Source of the DNA: Acanthaster planci
Taxonomy: Eukaryota
Assembly: GCF_001949145.1 (NCBI RefSeq)
Contig: NW_019091361.1
Coordinates: forward strand, 1,838,866 to 1,902,865
Direction: 5' to 3'
DNA: 64,000 nucleotides
Shown here: one piece after another, positions 15,552 through 27,601 of the stretch
How positions within the stretch are numbered: the first letter of the stretch is position 1
Layout: each line of letters begins with the position of its first letter
The notes under the pieces: generated by a model
The model's database searches: none
Seen by the model: only the letters and a program-made list of their open reading frames with translations
Told to the model about the DNA's origin: nothing
Program-made: the position numbers and the translations under genes

Positions 15552-16516
15552 CATTTCGAGGTTTAATGTTAACGATCGCATATTTTGGCAACCAAAGCAA
15601 CGCGTACGATAATCATGTTCAAATATCACAAAGACGAGTGATGTATGCTGAAACTCTGTTCTCAAAAAATAAAGAGAAAGCAAAATATTCCATTGGCTGT
15701 TTGTCTATCTTTGCATTTATAGGAGCAGCTGTATGCTAATTTCCACATAAACATAAACCAGGCAGAATTCCTGCGCAATTCATTACCCGCTATACAAGTC
15801 CCCAGTATACGACGTCCAAAAGACGTCTGGAGATTTTGTAGGGAATGGGAACCAGTCTCGTGGACTCTGCAGTCTGCACGGAGCAGAATGTTGCTTAATC
15901 CGAGAGAATTTGCCCGCATCCCACATGTACGTCAACGAATTTATTGCTTAGTCAGAGAGAGAGAGAGTTGCTGTTTCATTTCAATAACTCTATATTTATC
16001 ATCGCCTGCATAACACTTGAACTCCGTGGCATGACCAGGGGCAAGGCTTGGACGGTCCTCGTCTCTAGACGTGCTGACAACTTGATCCTCACTCTTAAAA
16101 CCCAGATTGATTTAAATGACTCCGTCACGAAAGCGGCGGGAAACTGTGAGGGCGGGAGAGGAATATCTTCGTGAGCTCCATTCAGTCGACGGTATATTAT
16201 CACAGTAGTAGATGAGACGGGGTTAAATTGTGAGTGGTTTTGATCTGAATTATGGAACAGTAATGACAAAGTAGCCTGAGCACGGCCAGGGGACATGCTG
16301 CTTCCTTGTCTCGGTATGATTATACTCTGTCGACGAACGGGCATAAGCCTTAAAATTTTGTTCATGAAAAATTTGCCTTTTGCATGTCGACAATGTTAAT
16401 TCGAGGAGTACAGCCATCAGGGCAAGCATTCTACATCCACAACTGGCTGCAATCAATCACATTGTTTGCTGTGTCGTTGTGATCGCTGGGAAAAAAGTAG
16501 TAAAACGTTTTATTTG

Positions 16517-16621
16517 TATGCTGCAAAAAGTGTGGTGTTTAATTTGACACCCTAGGTGTTATCAGATAACCCTGAGGGTGTTAGTGAAACACCAAATGAA
16601 CACCACAGTTTTGGTAGTGTA
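16517..16621. mobile_element. Small degenerate hairpin MITE
   Basis: Left tatgctgcaaaaagtgtggtgtttaatttg pairs imperfectly with right caaatgaacaccacagttttggtagtgta; TA at both ends. Confidence 0.6.
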
Positions 16622-19600
16622 TTAGTCAAAGCATTCATGACAATTACGCATGTGTGTATTAAATGGGTATGGGTCGGAGGACCCATCTTCCTGGGGCCGT
16701 AGGCCATCATTTTTCTGTGTCGCGGTGAGCCATGGTAGACTAAAACACATGAATGAACCGTCTTGAACCTGCCCTAGTATTGAAGGGTTGAACGTGGGTA
16801 ACAACCAATCAGGTTTGAAACGGTGAATCATCAGCTGGAAAGGGTGCAACTGAACTCTAGGCATTGCATGGCCGCTAGGGAGTAGGAAGTGTGAATGCAC
16901 TTTTGAGGTGAACATGGCTTGTGTTACGGTAAGTTGACATATCTTCATTTTTGGGGTCAGTATGTCGCTCTGCTTTGCATTCTATCAAAGCCGCGCCGCA
17001 CCTTGGAGTCCTATGGCGGATGCCTATGGTAAACATGGTTTCCATGATTAATTCGTCGTAGGTTTCTAATTGGTTGGCACTTCGGAAGAGGGAATAAATA
17101 TTGTTTCTTGAATCTAGACCTTATTCAAATCGCTTATGCTCCCTCGAGGAACTGCTGCATAAAACAGCCGACATTAATATTCCAAACTTCTCAATTGAAT
17201 CACTGCAGTGGTGTCACGTAATAAAACAGAGCATGCCAATGAAATCTTACAGAAAAATAACTCCAAAAAACTGCTTTCTTTAGAGTCGAGCACACGTGAC
17301 TATGTCGCTTTCCGCATGCCCGTAGTCATACAGGGTTAGTGGATTCTGCATCAAAATACGTTACCGGTATGTTGTGACGGTCGTTACCCACCGGCAAATC
17401 AACAGTCACCTGTTTCTTTGCGGAACGGTATGTTGTTTGAGTTTAAGCTTTTCAGAACTCCTTATCAGTATTTTTCCGTGTTCCTGCATCAAAGTTCGCA
17501 CCTGTGCTCACCGATACCTTTGTTATCGTCGCTGTTTGGTCAACAAGGACTTCGCAAAGTCGTCAGTACTGATATCGATATAAAGAGCAAACTTTGCAGT
17601 GGAAGCACTGGAAGGGAGATATGAAACAGGGTGACAGTGCATCGAAGGTTGAGCCTTGCTCGGTTGTTCCTTTCGGGGGGTGATGTGTCGTCCAGAGATT
17701 TCGTTGTTTTAACCTTTGGAGGTTTTTCCAGGTCTATCATGTGGTTTAGTTCACCAGGAGATTAAAATACGTGCAATTGATCTGCTGATATTTTGTTAAA
17801 ACTGTACAGAGTCTTTTTACTCGGGGCTTCCCAGTTCAAGGAGCCTGGCCTTTAGCAAGTTCTCTCACACAAAATACAACCGAACATTGATTATTGCCGC
17901 GTGACGCTTTGCTATGCAGAGGACTGCGGAAAATAGGCATGAAATACGAATTTTGGCCAGCAATCCACATTGCCAGAATCTTATAGAAAATCATTCATGT
18001 CTGAACATTCTGATTGCATGTAAGAACGCCTGAACTGTGTGACCGAAAACATCACTGACGTATTTTTACAACTTGTTTGACAATGTGTTTGTTTTCAGAT
18101 TTAAAGTACTGAGATGCATATAAGAAAATAAACAAACCCGTTGCCAATAGTCACCATGGCTACCACTTGTATCACCGTACATGCAGCTTGAAAATGGGGC
18201 ATTCTCAATGCATTTGCGTGCGTGTCTTTTAAAATTCTTGGCATCCACCACTCGATTGCTCTGAGGGTTCACATTTACTGTTTCACGGCCGCGTGTGGCG
18301 CGGCGTGAAACAGGCGCGAGAACATAAACTGGGCACCATACTGCGACCTGCATCGCCCCTAGAGCCAACTGTTCGTAACATGACCCAGCGCCGACCATGT
18401 ACGTTGCCGCTGACATTATATCCTTCGCCGAGATTGCAGTATATGTCGTTCACCCCAGTACCAACCCAAAGGGCATACTACATGCATTATTCTAGATGTC
18501 GAGTAAAAGAAACACGTTTCCGCGATTTTCGATTTGAAAATTGCTGTGTATTTGTTCATGCAAACTTTTATTCGTAAGTGGAAGGTTGTGTTGCTGGTTC
18601 GACTTTGTCTTGTAGCTGTGCCACAGCTGACTGCAGTGAATCGAAATCCCAAGAGTGTATCGTGACTTCACGATCGGAATTCTCCTGAATATGATGAAAG
18701 GGCCGTCTAATGCTTACGTTCCCACCGGCTTCAGTGTTTAATGTAAAATACGGTAAATGATTACTTTACAATGAACCACTGGGACGATAGGGCATCGTTG
18801 CCCTGCGATATGCTGGGATCCTGTAATCACGGGCCGTTGTTGACCTATAAGTCTTGCCTTCACTAAACTTGACGTGTAACTTTGGATTGGCTTGGAAAAC
18901 TTGCAAAAAAAGTGCTAGAACTTAACACAATACTGATATGAGGTGTCATTTTGTTAGAGATACGGGGGGTTCCACTTCTAGGTGAGCTCTCCCATTTCTT
19001 GTCCAGATGCATGTTCTGTTTGTTTGACCAGTTCTCCCCAAGTCCAAAGGTGACTAGTATAAAGTCTACACTTTGTCTCCCGCGTCATGGTGCGGGTTTT
19101 TAAAATGCTCGCGCTGCCACCATTACCGCTGTCATAATGAAATGATATTAATGCACGCATAAACGGATTAGGTCTCAGATTGAAATATCGCCCGGGGTAT
19201 GTTTTATCCAATAACTGGTCTGCCCGTGCACTGGTTATAAATAGCCCGTGTGGCCTGTGTGGTTATTGGAAGAACGTCATTCTGGGTGGGTAAATTGAAG
19301 AGAATTTTCTCGTCTCAGTTTGGAAAATGACAACCTCTGTCATGAGCCACTTATCCTGTTTTAATGGAGAAATTGGAAGTTGCTGTACTTTCCCTTTTCA
19401 TCCATTATCGTGCCAACACAATGCTTGAAATTCCGTGGGTGGAAATGGTTTTTCTCTCCATTCAGGACCACTGTATTCCTGTACCGTATTATTATACTCC
19501 CCAGGAAACGGGAACAGCCCCGCAGCACCTGGTGACGCATTTCCATTGGGCCTCGGGTGAGAGTTATGGCGGTTTGTAAAAAAAATGTAAGAGTGGGCCT

Positions 19601-22600
19601 GTTATGGCAGCTCCTACGCAGAATTCCTATAATCCGATTTGGGACGGGAATTGGTCCAGAGCGAAGCGATCCGCTTTTAGACACGAGATGAAGACAGATC
19701 ATTGGTTAAAACCGCTGGAATCCTGGCGGTCGAGGGAAAGAGATTTTTGTGGTCGGCACAAATAATTTAACTTGGAGATCTCAACAAAGTGTTCGAGGGA
19801 ATAGTATTATCTGAAATACGATACAACAAATTTGGGGCTGGGTCTTTTAAAGGATTCCTGCAATGATTTTGTTTGAGACTCACTTTTTGACTTTACTGTA
19901 CATCTTCATACATTCTTAAATGTAGGCTATGAAAACTGCTTGAAATCCATTTTGAAAAGTGCTCTTGTTAGAAAGCATTAGAAACTGTTCATATTCTAAA
20001 CCCCAGATTAGCTCTTTGGAGAGATGGATGTTAGTTTCGTGTGTGTGCACAAATCAGTGCGTCATGGAGGTTGAGTTCTGGATGACATCACACTTTTGGA
20101 CATGAATATGGAAATTCACATCATAAAATCTAAAGGTCAAAAAATTCAGATGAACGTAGCCAAACAAGAATCGAAAATAAGGTTTATTGAAACACCAAGG
20201 TGCGATTTCAAGGATTGTATTAAAATAACCGTGTCGTATGGTTCCTTTAAAAATTGGCTAAAGTCGTTGTTTGGGGTGTTATTCTGTTGTGATTTAATAA
20301 TTTGTTTCATTTCTTTAACCCTAACAGTCCCAAATCCTCCAATTTCAATATGATTCTGCATATAAGCCCTAATTGGCTCATGTGTTCTTATTCCTCCGTG
20401 GGTTAATCATCACTCAGTTTCAGAGTAAAGAGGGTAATTGTTTTGCAGAAGAGATAGGATCGTTATTAACTATTGTATTACGCTTCTTTCTATTATGTCT
20501 GTCGTGTCATTTAATTAAATGGGATGAGATTCTGAGCTTTCTGTTAATAAAGATTGGCCTAATTCTCAAACGCTTTAGTAATAGTTTTATAATGCAAACA
20601 TTTCCATTTCCTCAATTTGCAAGAAGTTTTATCGAGGGAATGGTGTCTTTAAAGGTCAGCGAACCGTCTCCCTAGTTGATCACGTCTTGTGTAGTCAATT
20701 ACGCAACTGGATTGTCAGCAATTAAAAATCCAGAACGGTATACGTGTTATTGTCTGGCTGCTGACCGACATCGCGCCACACAAGCTGTGCGTTACGTCAC
20801 CCCGGTCCCATGATGAGCGCCTCGCCAGTGGATTCAACCTTTGGTCGTCCGGTTCCCCATGTGTAAAACCCCAGGGTGCTTCACACAACCCGTGCGTTCC
20901 CCAGTGAGGCTCTCTCCTGCGTGGCTTTGTCAATCACAGATCGATTGATTGAGGCCAATACGATTACTTGATTGACACGAAGTACTTTTTTTCTGTCATT
21001 AAATCATCCTTTTATTCTCATCAAATCACCTTTTGGTGTAGCTTTGGAGAACTGAGTTTTGACTACGGAGACTACCACCCTTCGTCTGTGCATTGGTGAA
21101 AGGACTGAAGGAACAGATGTCGTGATCAAGCCATAGATGAAAAAACTAACTCTAAACACTAATTCTGAGTCATAGGCCTACTAGTTGTAACTTTCGGGAT
21201 GTAAAGGATGATCACTTTTTTGACAGAAATCGGTCGCTATGTATGACCTTCGCCCAGTACTCCTCTGACAACAAATATTAGTTTGTTTTTTCTTAAATTT
21301 ACGGGGTATGTTGAGCTTCTCAGAAAGTGAATCTTTGTGCGGAATCGCAAAATTCATTTCCGTCAGCAAGTTGTAGAATGTGAGTGGCATTTTCAAACTG
21401 CGTAGCTTTGAACTTTTCTTAATGCCGTCAAATTTCCGGATGTACTCGTCGAGTAATAGCTGGTCAATATTGATTTATGAGCTCTGCATGCGTTCCTGTC
21501 CCCGCTGTAAAATACAGACCAGTTTGACATGTCTGGCGTTTGGACGTCAAGGCTGAATTCCCTTGTGGTGTCGAGAGGCGTTTTCGATGTGGTGTCGCAA
21601 TCGAAGAAAGAATCGTTTTCTTGCAGACAAGCAAGCGCCAAAGCAAGCAGTTGAGGTGGTAGGTGGAGGCCTGTGAATTTCATTTGCGCCGCGCTGGGCA
21701 CTACAATTGGATGATGGATGATGGCTTGACTGAGGCCGGCCCCGAATCGGACATAGCTTATTTGTACTAAACCGGCGTTTGAATTTACAATGCGAATTCG
21801 ATAGTGTTGACGTCCGAGTGCTGGGAAATTGATTGCACTTGCTGATTGTCTGTGCAAAAGTTGTAGACCTAGATTGATTGCTGCTCAGGTAACGGGCCCT
21901 GTCTCTTATTTTTTTTTGTTCGATATTAATCACCCATTTTTATATTTGGCTTTCCTTCACCAAAACCGGCAATTTTAATTAGCTTTTATTTTGTAAAAAG
22001 AGCACGAATCGTGATTTTGAAAGATAAGTATGTTTCTTTTCCCCGTTGTTTTTAGTTTCCACTGGATGATATCGGCAAAGCTGTGTAAACAGATTGCAGT
22101 AAGTGAGGACAGTCCTCAGTTTCCAAAATTTTGAGGATGTGCTTTTCTCTAACATTCATGGCAATCTAAGTCACTTAGAAAATCGCGTCATTTTAAATTG
22201 CCATATACTTCGATTGGGTACAGAATCACCAGTCGAAAATCGTTCCGCTACGCTTCGCATAGAGGATTCCATCGCCCAGTATTTTGGCCATTTAATTAGT
22301 GTCTTTCGTCCGTCAACAGAAGAGACTGGAAGAATGGCCCGTGTTCACGAGATGCTTCCCCCAGTCAATTAGTCCTAAGTGAACCCCCCGCTGGGTCTAT
22401 TAGTTTAGCCAAGGCTCAGCCTGTTCCTAACACCCATTTAGTTTTGCCATAGAGCAAAACCCGTATTTTCCCAGAGCACAGCGAGATCATGAGTGATACA
22501 GATTTTGCTGTATTTAGATGCAGTTTGTTTTTACCGAGCTTTAACCAGTCATGCGCAACTAATAAAGTAGAGGAGGTTTTTATATTTCACAGCGCAAACG

Positions 22601-23716
22601 ATGTTCTCTGTGCAAATGTCCCCGTAGAATTTTAACACCAGTATAATGAGTTCAGAAGAAAAAGCGAGTATTTTTGAAGGAGTTGCAAAGGAAATCAATT
22701 AACTCTCCTTGGCCAAAATGGTGCAATTGGCCTTTCTTTGAATGAGGTATTCAGTTGGGAACACAGGGCACTGTATATATGGTGCGAGAGATTTTTTTTC
22801 TTATTTAATGTTTTAGGTTAGTAAAACTGTAACACATGCACTAGCATCAGCGTTGCTCGGTTAGATTAGAACGGCCTGTTTGTATGAGTCGAGAAGTGTG
22901 TACTGCATGAACTGTTTAATATTTCTCCCTTCCCAGAAAAAGTACATACACATGCACTTTCTTGACATAACCTCCATCAAGCAAAGATCTTGTGATTATT
23001 GGATCTTGCCGCTATGTTACACCGAAAAGGTGGTCCAGTAGATCGATAACCCACCAAGGGATTCCTTTGTTATTTCCCCCGAACAACCCCACGGGCTGTG
23101 CACCCATATTGCAACCCGCTAAGGCTGGGGCAGAACGGGCGTTCACAAGTCACCATTCAGCCGAAGAATGGCGCATTGAGCTGGAAATTTGCACAATTTA
23201 CCGGGACAAACGCTCCTGATTTCCCATTCACCGGCGCTGATCCGCTGAGAATAACGCCTGCGCTAAGACCGCACTTGGAACCGAGGGCTTAACAAGTACG
23301 GTTGTTTTGTGCGTGCAAGCTGCCGCAGAGGTCCAATAGGCGAGAAGCATATCCCGTACAGTGTTTATTTTCTATTAGGTGTGACAGCTGGCGAGAGGTG
23401 CACAGTGTGTTGCGATCGAGTGTAAAGTCACTGCTTGGTTGGCAAACGGAGAGGGGGACATTCGGCTTACCATTGCTGTATGGGTTTCTGTCTGCCTGCT
23501 GTATCGGGGAAAACGGACCAACTTATATCTTAATAGTACCGTAACCAGACGGTAAAGTATTTGGCGGCGGGCCCTCGGCGGTAATATACCATTCTATTCA
23601 GTCGTGAAAATTGGGGTTTTGGAAGGCCAAGGCCAAGACACGATGTTAACCGGGCTGCCCGGGCCGAGCTCTGTTCAGCTCGCCGCCTGGCGTGACAGCA
23701 TGATTGATGTGTGACT

Positions 23717-23927
23717 ATGCCACTCTATTTCCGTACCAACAGAGTGAACCGCGCTAGCATCTCATCAGCAGCAGCAGTCGCGGCAGTTCGACCGTCGGAG
23801 CCTGGCGAGGCGGCAGCTACATGGATGGTTATGGGGAGAGGACAGCGCTTCCACCGCGCGTCGACGGGCCAAGCCACGGCCGTTGTTTTCTACGTATTCC
23901 TGATCATCGCCATGTTAATCTCCACAG
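23717..23927 (+). CDS. RGM: RGM family protein, coding exon 1 (N-terminus and signal peptide); the true start may be ATG 23825 or 23831
   Basis: Encodes WMVMGRG (cf. vertebrate RGMA WMGMGRG) then hydrophobic AVVFYVFLIIAMLIST; donor AG|GTAAGG at 23928, phase 1, matching exon 2. Confidence 0.8.
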
Positions 23928-24729
23928 GTAAGGCGTGATCTACTGCTTATATTTCACGGGCAGACGATCAAGAGAATCCGTCGGGCCCCATTGTTGGGAG
24001 GAAGGCATGCAATTTACGTTCCAGACGAAATGGTATTGTGAACACCACACACAGAGAGCCAAAGGACGTTTTCTCTTTTGTGCGCGCAATGCCCGGTTTG
24101 TGTTAACTGATGAAGCTCTGTTGGCTGCTCGTAATACATAATCGTAATTATATACCATGATTGGTTAGACGTCTGTGCTTTTTGATTGGGTATTGGCGAG
24201 TGCCTTGTGATGGTGGTGGGTTTCTTTTCCTACCGCCATGGTTACTTAAATTACCTGTTTTGCTGGGATCATTTTCAAACGTTTGACATCCCAATTGTGA
24301 ACCCCAAGATCTTGAGATACATGTAGTTACACACGCACAGTGCGGCCATATACATGTACTGTAAATCAATGGGGTCCATATTATCAATGTATTATCATGT
24401 ACATTGCTGTGTGATATCGGTACATGTGCGTGCTGATCGTGCAGCTTAAACTAGTGCCCGTTTCTATTGCTTAATTTATCGACAGTTGACCATAGTAATT
24501 AGCAGTTGAACATGATTTAATTTGCATATTACTCTGGGAGGAAAGTTGGACCTTTGGCTTAGGTCTGAATCGAGTAAATAAAGAAGTGTATGTAATCGAT
24601 GCATGTGATCTTGTGAAATTTGCCACATTAATGTTTTTTTGGCTACCTTTCGGTTAGAAAACAAAATAATCGATTTTAATCAGAGCAATGAAACTACAAA
24701 GATCTTTTCATGCTATTTATTTTTTCCAG

Positions 24730-25241
24730 TGTCCTCTGAATGTAAATTGAAGAAGTGTTCTCAAAGATACTCCCAAAAGCTGACAGAGAACGTTCGACGC
24801 AACCCCAACCGGAGATACTGTCAGGCTCTAGTGGACTACAAAAAATGTGTCATGGATATCCCGCCCAGGTCCTGCCGTGGAGAGCTAAACTACCATTCCA
24901 CCCTCTCCATCATCCCAGACCTGATGGAGCAGAATAACTGCGAGGCCATTCTGGCCGAGGAAGAGGTGCCCACCACTCCACTGCCAAGTGGGGCCAACCT
25001 GCCCCGTCACCGGACGACAGTGCCCCCAGCCCCGGAGTTTTACGATCGATGCGAGTATCGGGGTGAGCGATCCTACAAGAGCTGCAGCCTGTTCGGGGAC
25101 CCACACCTGAGGACTTTTGATGGGTCATTTCAGACCTGCCGGGTGGCCGGAGCCTGGCCGGTCTTCTACAATAAGTATGTCGCTGCCCAAGTGACCAATG
25201 TCCAGCTTCTACATGGATCGGGTGCTACAGCCACGACCAAG
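24730..25241 (+). CDS. RGM: RGM family protein, coding exon 2 (RGM_N domain and GDPH autocleavage site)
   Basis: tttttccag acceptor, AAG|GTGAGT donor; encodes CKLKKC..YCQAL..SCRGELNYHS..NNC and CSLFGDPHLRTF..FQTCRVAGAWP..VQVTN-like AQVTNV..ATATTK, diagnostic of RGM. Confidence 0.97.
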
Positions 25242-25265
25242 GTGAGTATGGAACTTGTCACAGTG

Positions 25266-25329
25266 AATACGGGCCAACAATTGTGCGCCTCCAAGAGTTT
25301 GCAACGCGTTGGCCAATCACAATGCGCGA
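25266..25329. mobile_element. Solo arm of the hairpin MITE found intact at 34324-34499
   Basis: aatacgggcc..gtgcgcctccaagagtttgcaacgcgttggccaatcaca is near-identical to 34324-34389. Confidence 0.8.
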
Positions 25330-27568
25330 TTTTCCAACTTTATTGTGGAAACGTCTTAATTCCTAGCAGAATTTCAACACATAAATAATTCCGTGGCATG
25401 GTATACGTTTCTGAATATTAACGACGTTAATTAAGATAAAGAAACAATTTTGTTGACAACAAATTTTGATTATTGAACCCCACCATAATTTTATGGTTTT
25501 AAAAAGGTGACAATTAGAATGTCTTGGATATTAATCCATAAACATGGGAACAAGTAAAACACGCGAATGATAAAATAAGGGAAAGCACAATAATTTCCTG
25601 TTGCATTGTCGCTATAGTCATTCGGTACTGTAAAATATATGTTGATGATTTTCTTCTCTTGTGTGTTCGAACTTCAAAGAGTGAAGAAAACTCCACTGAA
25701 ACTAATCTTGGCAGCAAAACAATACGAAGATCTATACGGAACTGAGAGTCGAAACTGGTACTTCTGGAAGGAATTGGGAAATGATAATTGATTTCTTTGA
25801 GCGCTGTAATTTTTTTTGTAAAGCTTCAATAATATCGGGCATTGGCCGTTATGAATAATGGACTTGGTGAGATGGAGTTGACCATTTCGACAGCCATGCC
25901 AATAAAAACACCACGGCACGCTGCTGTATTCGCCATGGCGTCGGCAGTAATTTCTCACAGCAGCACGTCGCCCCAGTTCCATTCCCAGAAGGCCAGCTCG
26001 GCTAGCCTGGCGCTACCCTCTCTATCCAGCGCGTCCACCGCGTCCACCGGGCCAGTGTCCGTGACCAATGCTAGCTTGGGCTCTCGCAAATCATTCCAGC
26101 CCTGTCTGCAATATTGCAGAGCCATCTACATTCCGTCACATTAGGAGCAATTTGTTGACACTCTCTCCTTGTTCTGTCAAGGGCGCGAGGAAGGTCAAAA
26201 CTGGCTCTGCTGCGCCATTTTTAGAAAGAGCCGTTCATGACATGAGATTCATGCACAATATGGCCCTCAAGAAAGCGCACTCCACGTGAAAAGATGACGC
26301 TGAGAAATATAGTCAAATCGTCCATAAGAACGACAACTTGCATAAAAAAAAATTGATTATTAAACTAAACACCTTTGTAACAATTTGGTTCGTTTAGCAC
26401 GCCCACTTCGATCATACATAGTCTCCCGCACTCCTCACAAATCACAGGATCTATCAAACAACGTATGTTATGTGTGCTGTGTTGTTTACGAAATGATATT
26501 TTCAAGGTAAACACTCGTTTGTTATGAATAAAATTATAATTTCTGCGTAGCTCTAAACAACATGGATATAAATCACAGTGTGTCGGTTAATTTAATGCAA
26601 ATTTATATAATAAGCAGTGTGTGGAATTCGCTTGATTTTGCTGGGGAAGGAATTTCGTTTGGTTCACTTTAAGTTGATAAATCTAGAAATAACAGGGCCT
26701 ATTTACCATGAAACTGGTATTGATAATGTTCACACGCACAGCACTGCAGATATGAGTTTGTCTAAAATTATTGTACCATTTTTAGAAGTGGTCAGTGAAA
26801 TGAATTGTGCTTCAAGCTGTGTACGATTGACCTGCTGATTCTGACCCCTGTCATCACCCGAACCGATCCATCCCCTCCAGTCTACCCGCATAATCCCCCC
26901 CAATTCGCCAGATAAAAACATGTCTTGCTCCCGCAGAATGGCCATTGTCAGCACCAAATACCGTCGTAAATACGGCCCCTGAAAGTGGGCACAAAATCCC
27001 CCCTCTTGTTCCGATGGCGCGGGCAAACAACAGCCCACCCTAAAGCCTGGGCCAATCTAAAAACCAGTTGTCAATTTGGAGTTGGCCATTGTGTGCCGAG
27101 CCCCCTGGTTGAGTGTTTTCTTTTAATTCCTCCCCCAACCCAATTTGCAAGCTTTTGGGCCATGTTCTGAAACTGTGTTCTCTATTGTCGAGCGTCCCTC
27201 TGCATGTATGACAATACTCCTTGGTCGGGATTAGGTTATTGGCGTGTGGATGTATGCAAATATTCTGTTCAGCAAGCTTTCTTGGAATCCCCACAAACGA
27301 CAATCCAATTGATCCAAAATACAGACAGGGAAAGAAAGAAAGACGTCAAAGTGTGGTGTATTTATCCTGGAATTTACTTCTTGTTTTGCATAGTGAAGAT
27401 ACATCATTACATGTACATTGAGAAATCCATCTACAACTTAGTGTTGAAAAACGGGGGGGAACTAAAAGGTAATGTCAGAAATGGAACTTGCTACTGCAAA
27501 ATTTGTGTAAATCCATAAACTACATCAGGGCATGGAGATGGGGACTCAACAATATTGCTTCGCATCAC

Positions 27569-27601
27569 CATGGAGGTAGATATAGAAAATCTACCTCCAT
27601 G
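27569..27601. mobile_element. 33-bp minimal TIR element with 7-bp target-site duplication (P/Galileo-like)
   Basis: Perfect 13-bp TIRs CATGGAGGTAGAT/ATCTACCTCCATG, 7-nt spacer, flanked by GCATCAC direct repeats (27562-27568, 27602-27608). Confidence 0.75.

Noticed and set aside
20940..21720. Cluster of Pbx/Hox-like TGATNNAT sites upstream of RGM
   Set aside because: Short degenerate motif whose frequency here is not clearly above chance without conservation data
700..23600. Many 60-155 aa ORFs (e.g. 21393-21857 minus, 7123-7512 minus, 5255-5629 minus)
   Set aside because: No recognisable domains or consistent exon structure; lengths expected by chance. Best read as non-coding upstream DNA of RGM
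24639..25388. 249-aa ORF and 261-aa ORF (30384-31169) as stand-alone genes
   Set aside because: They are RGM exons 2 and 3 with intronic read-through at the ends
25842..26290. GC-rich patch in RGM intron 2 resembling a coding or transposase remnant
   Set aside because: No convincing domain motif in the frames I read, stops present, and no TIR/TSD identified
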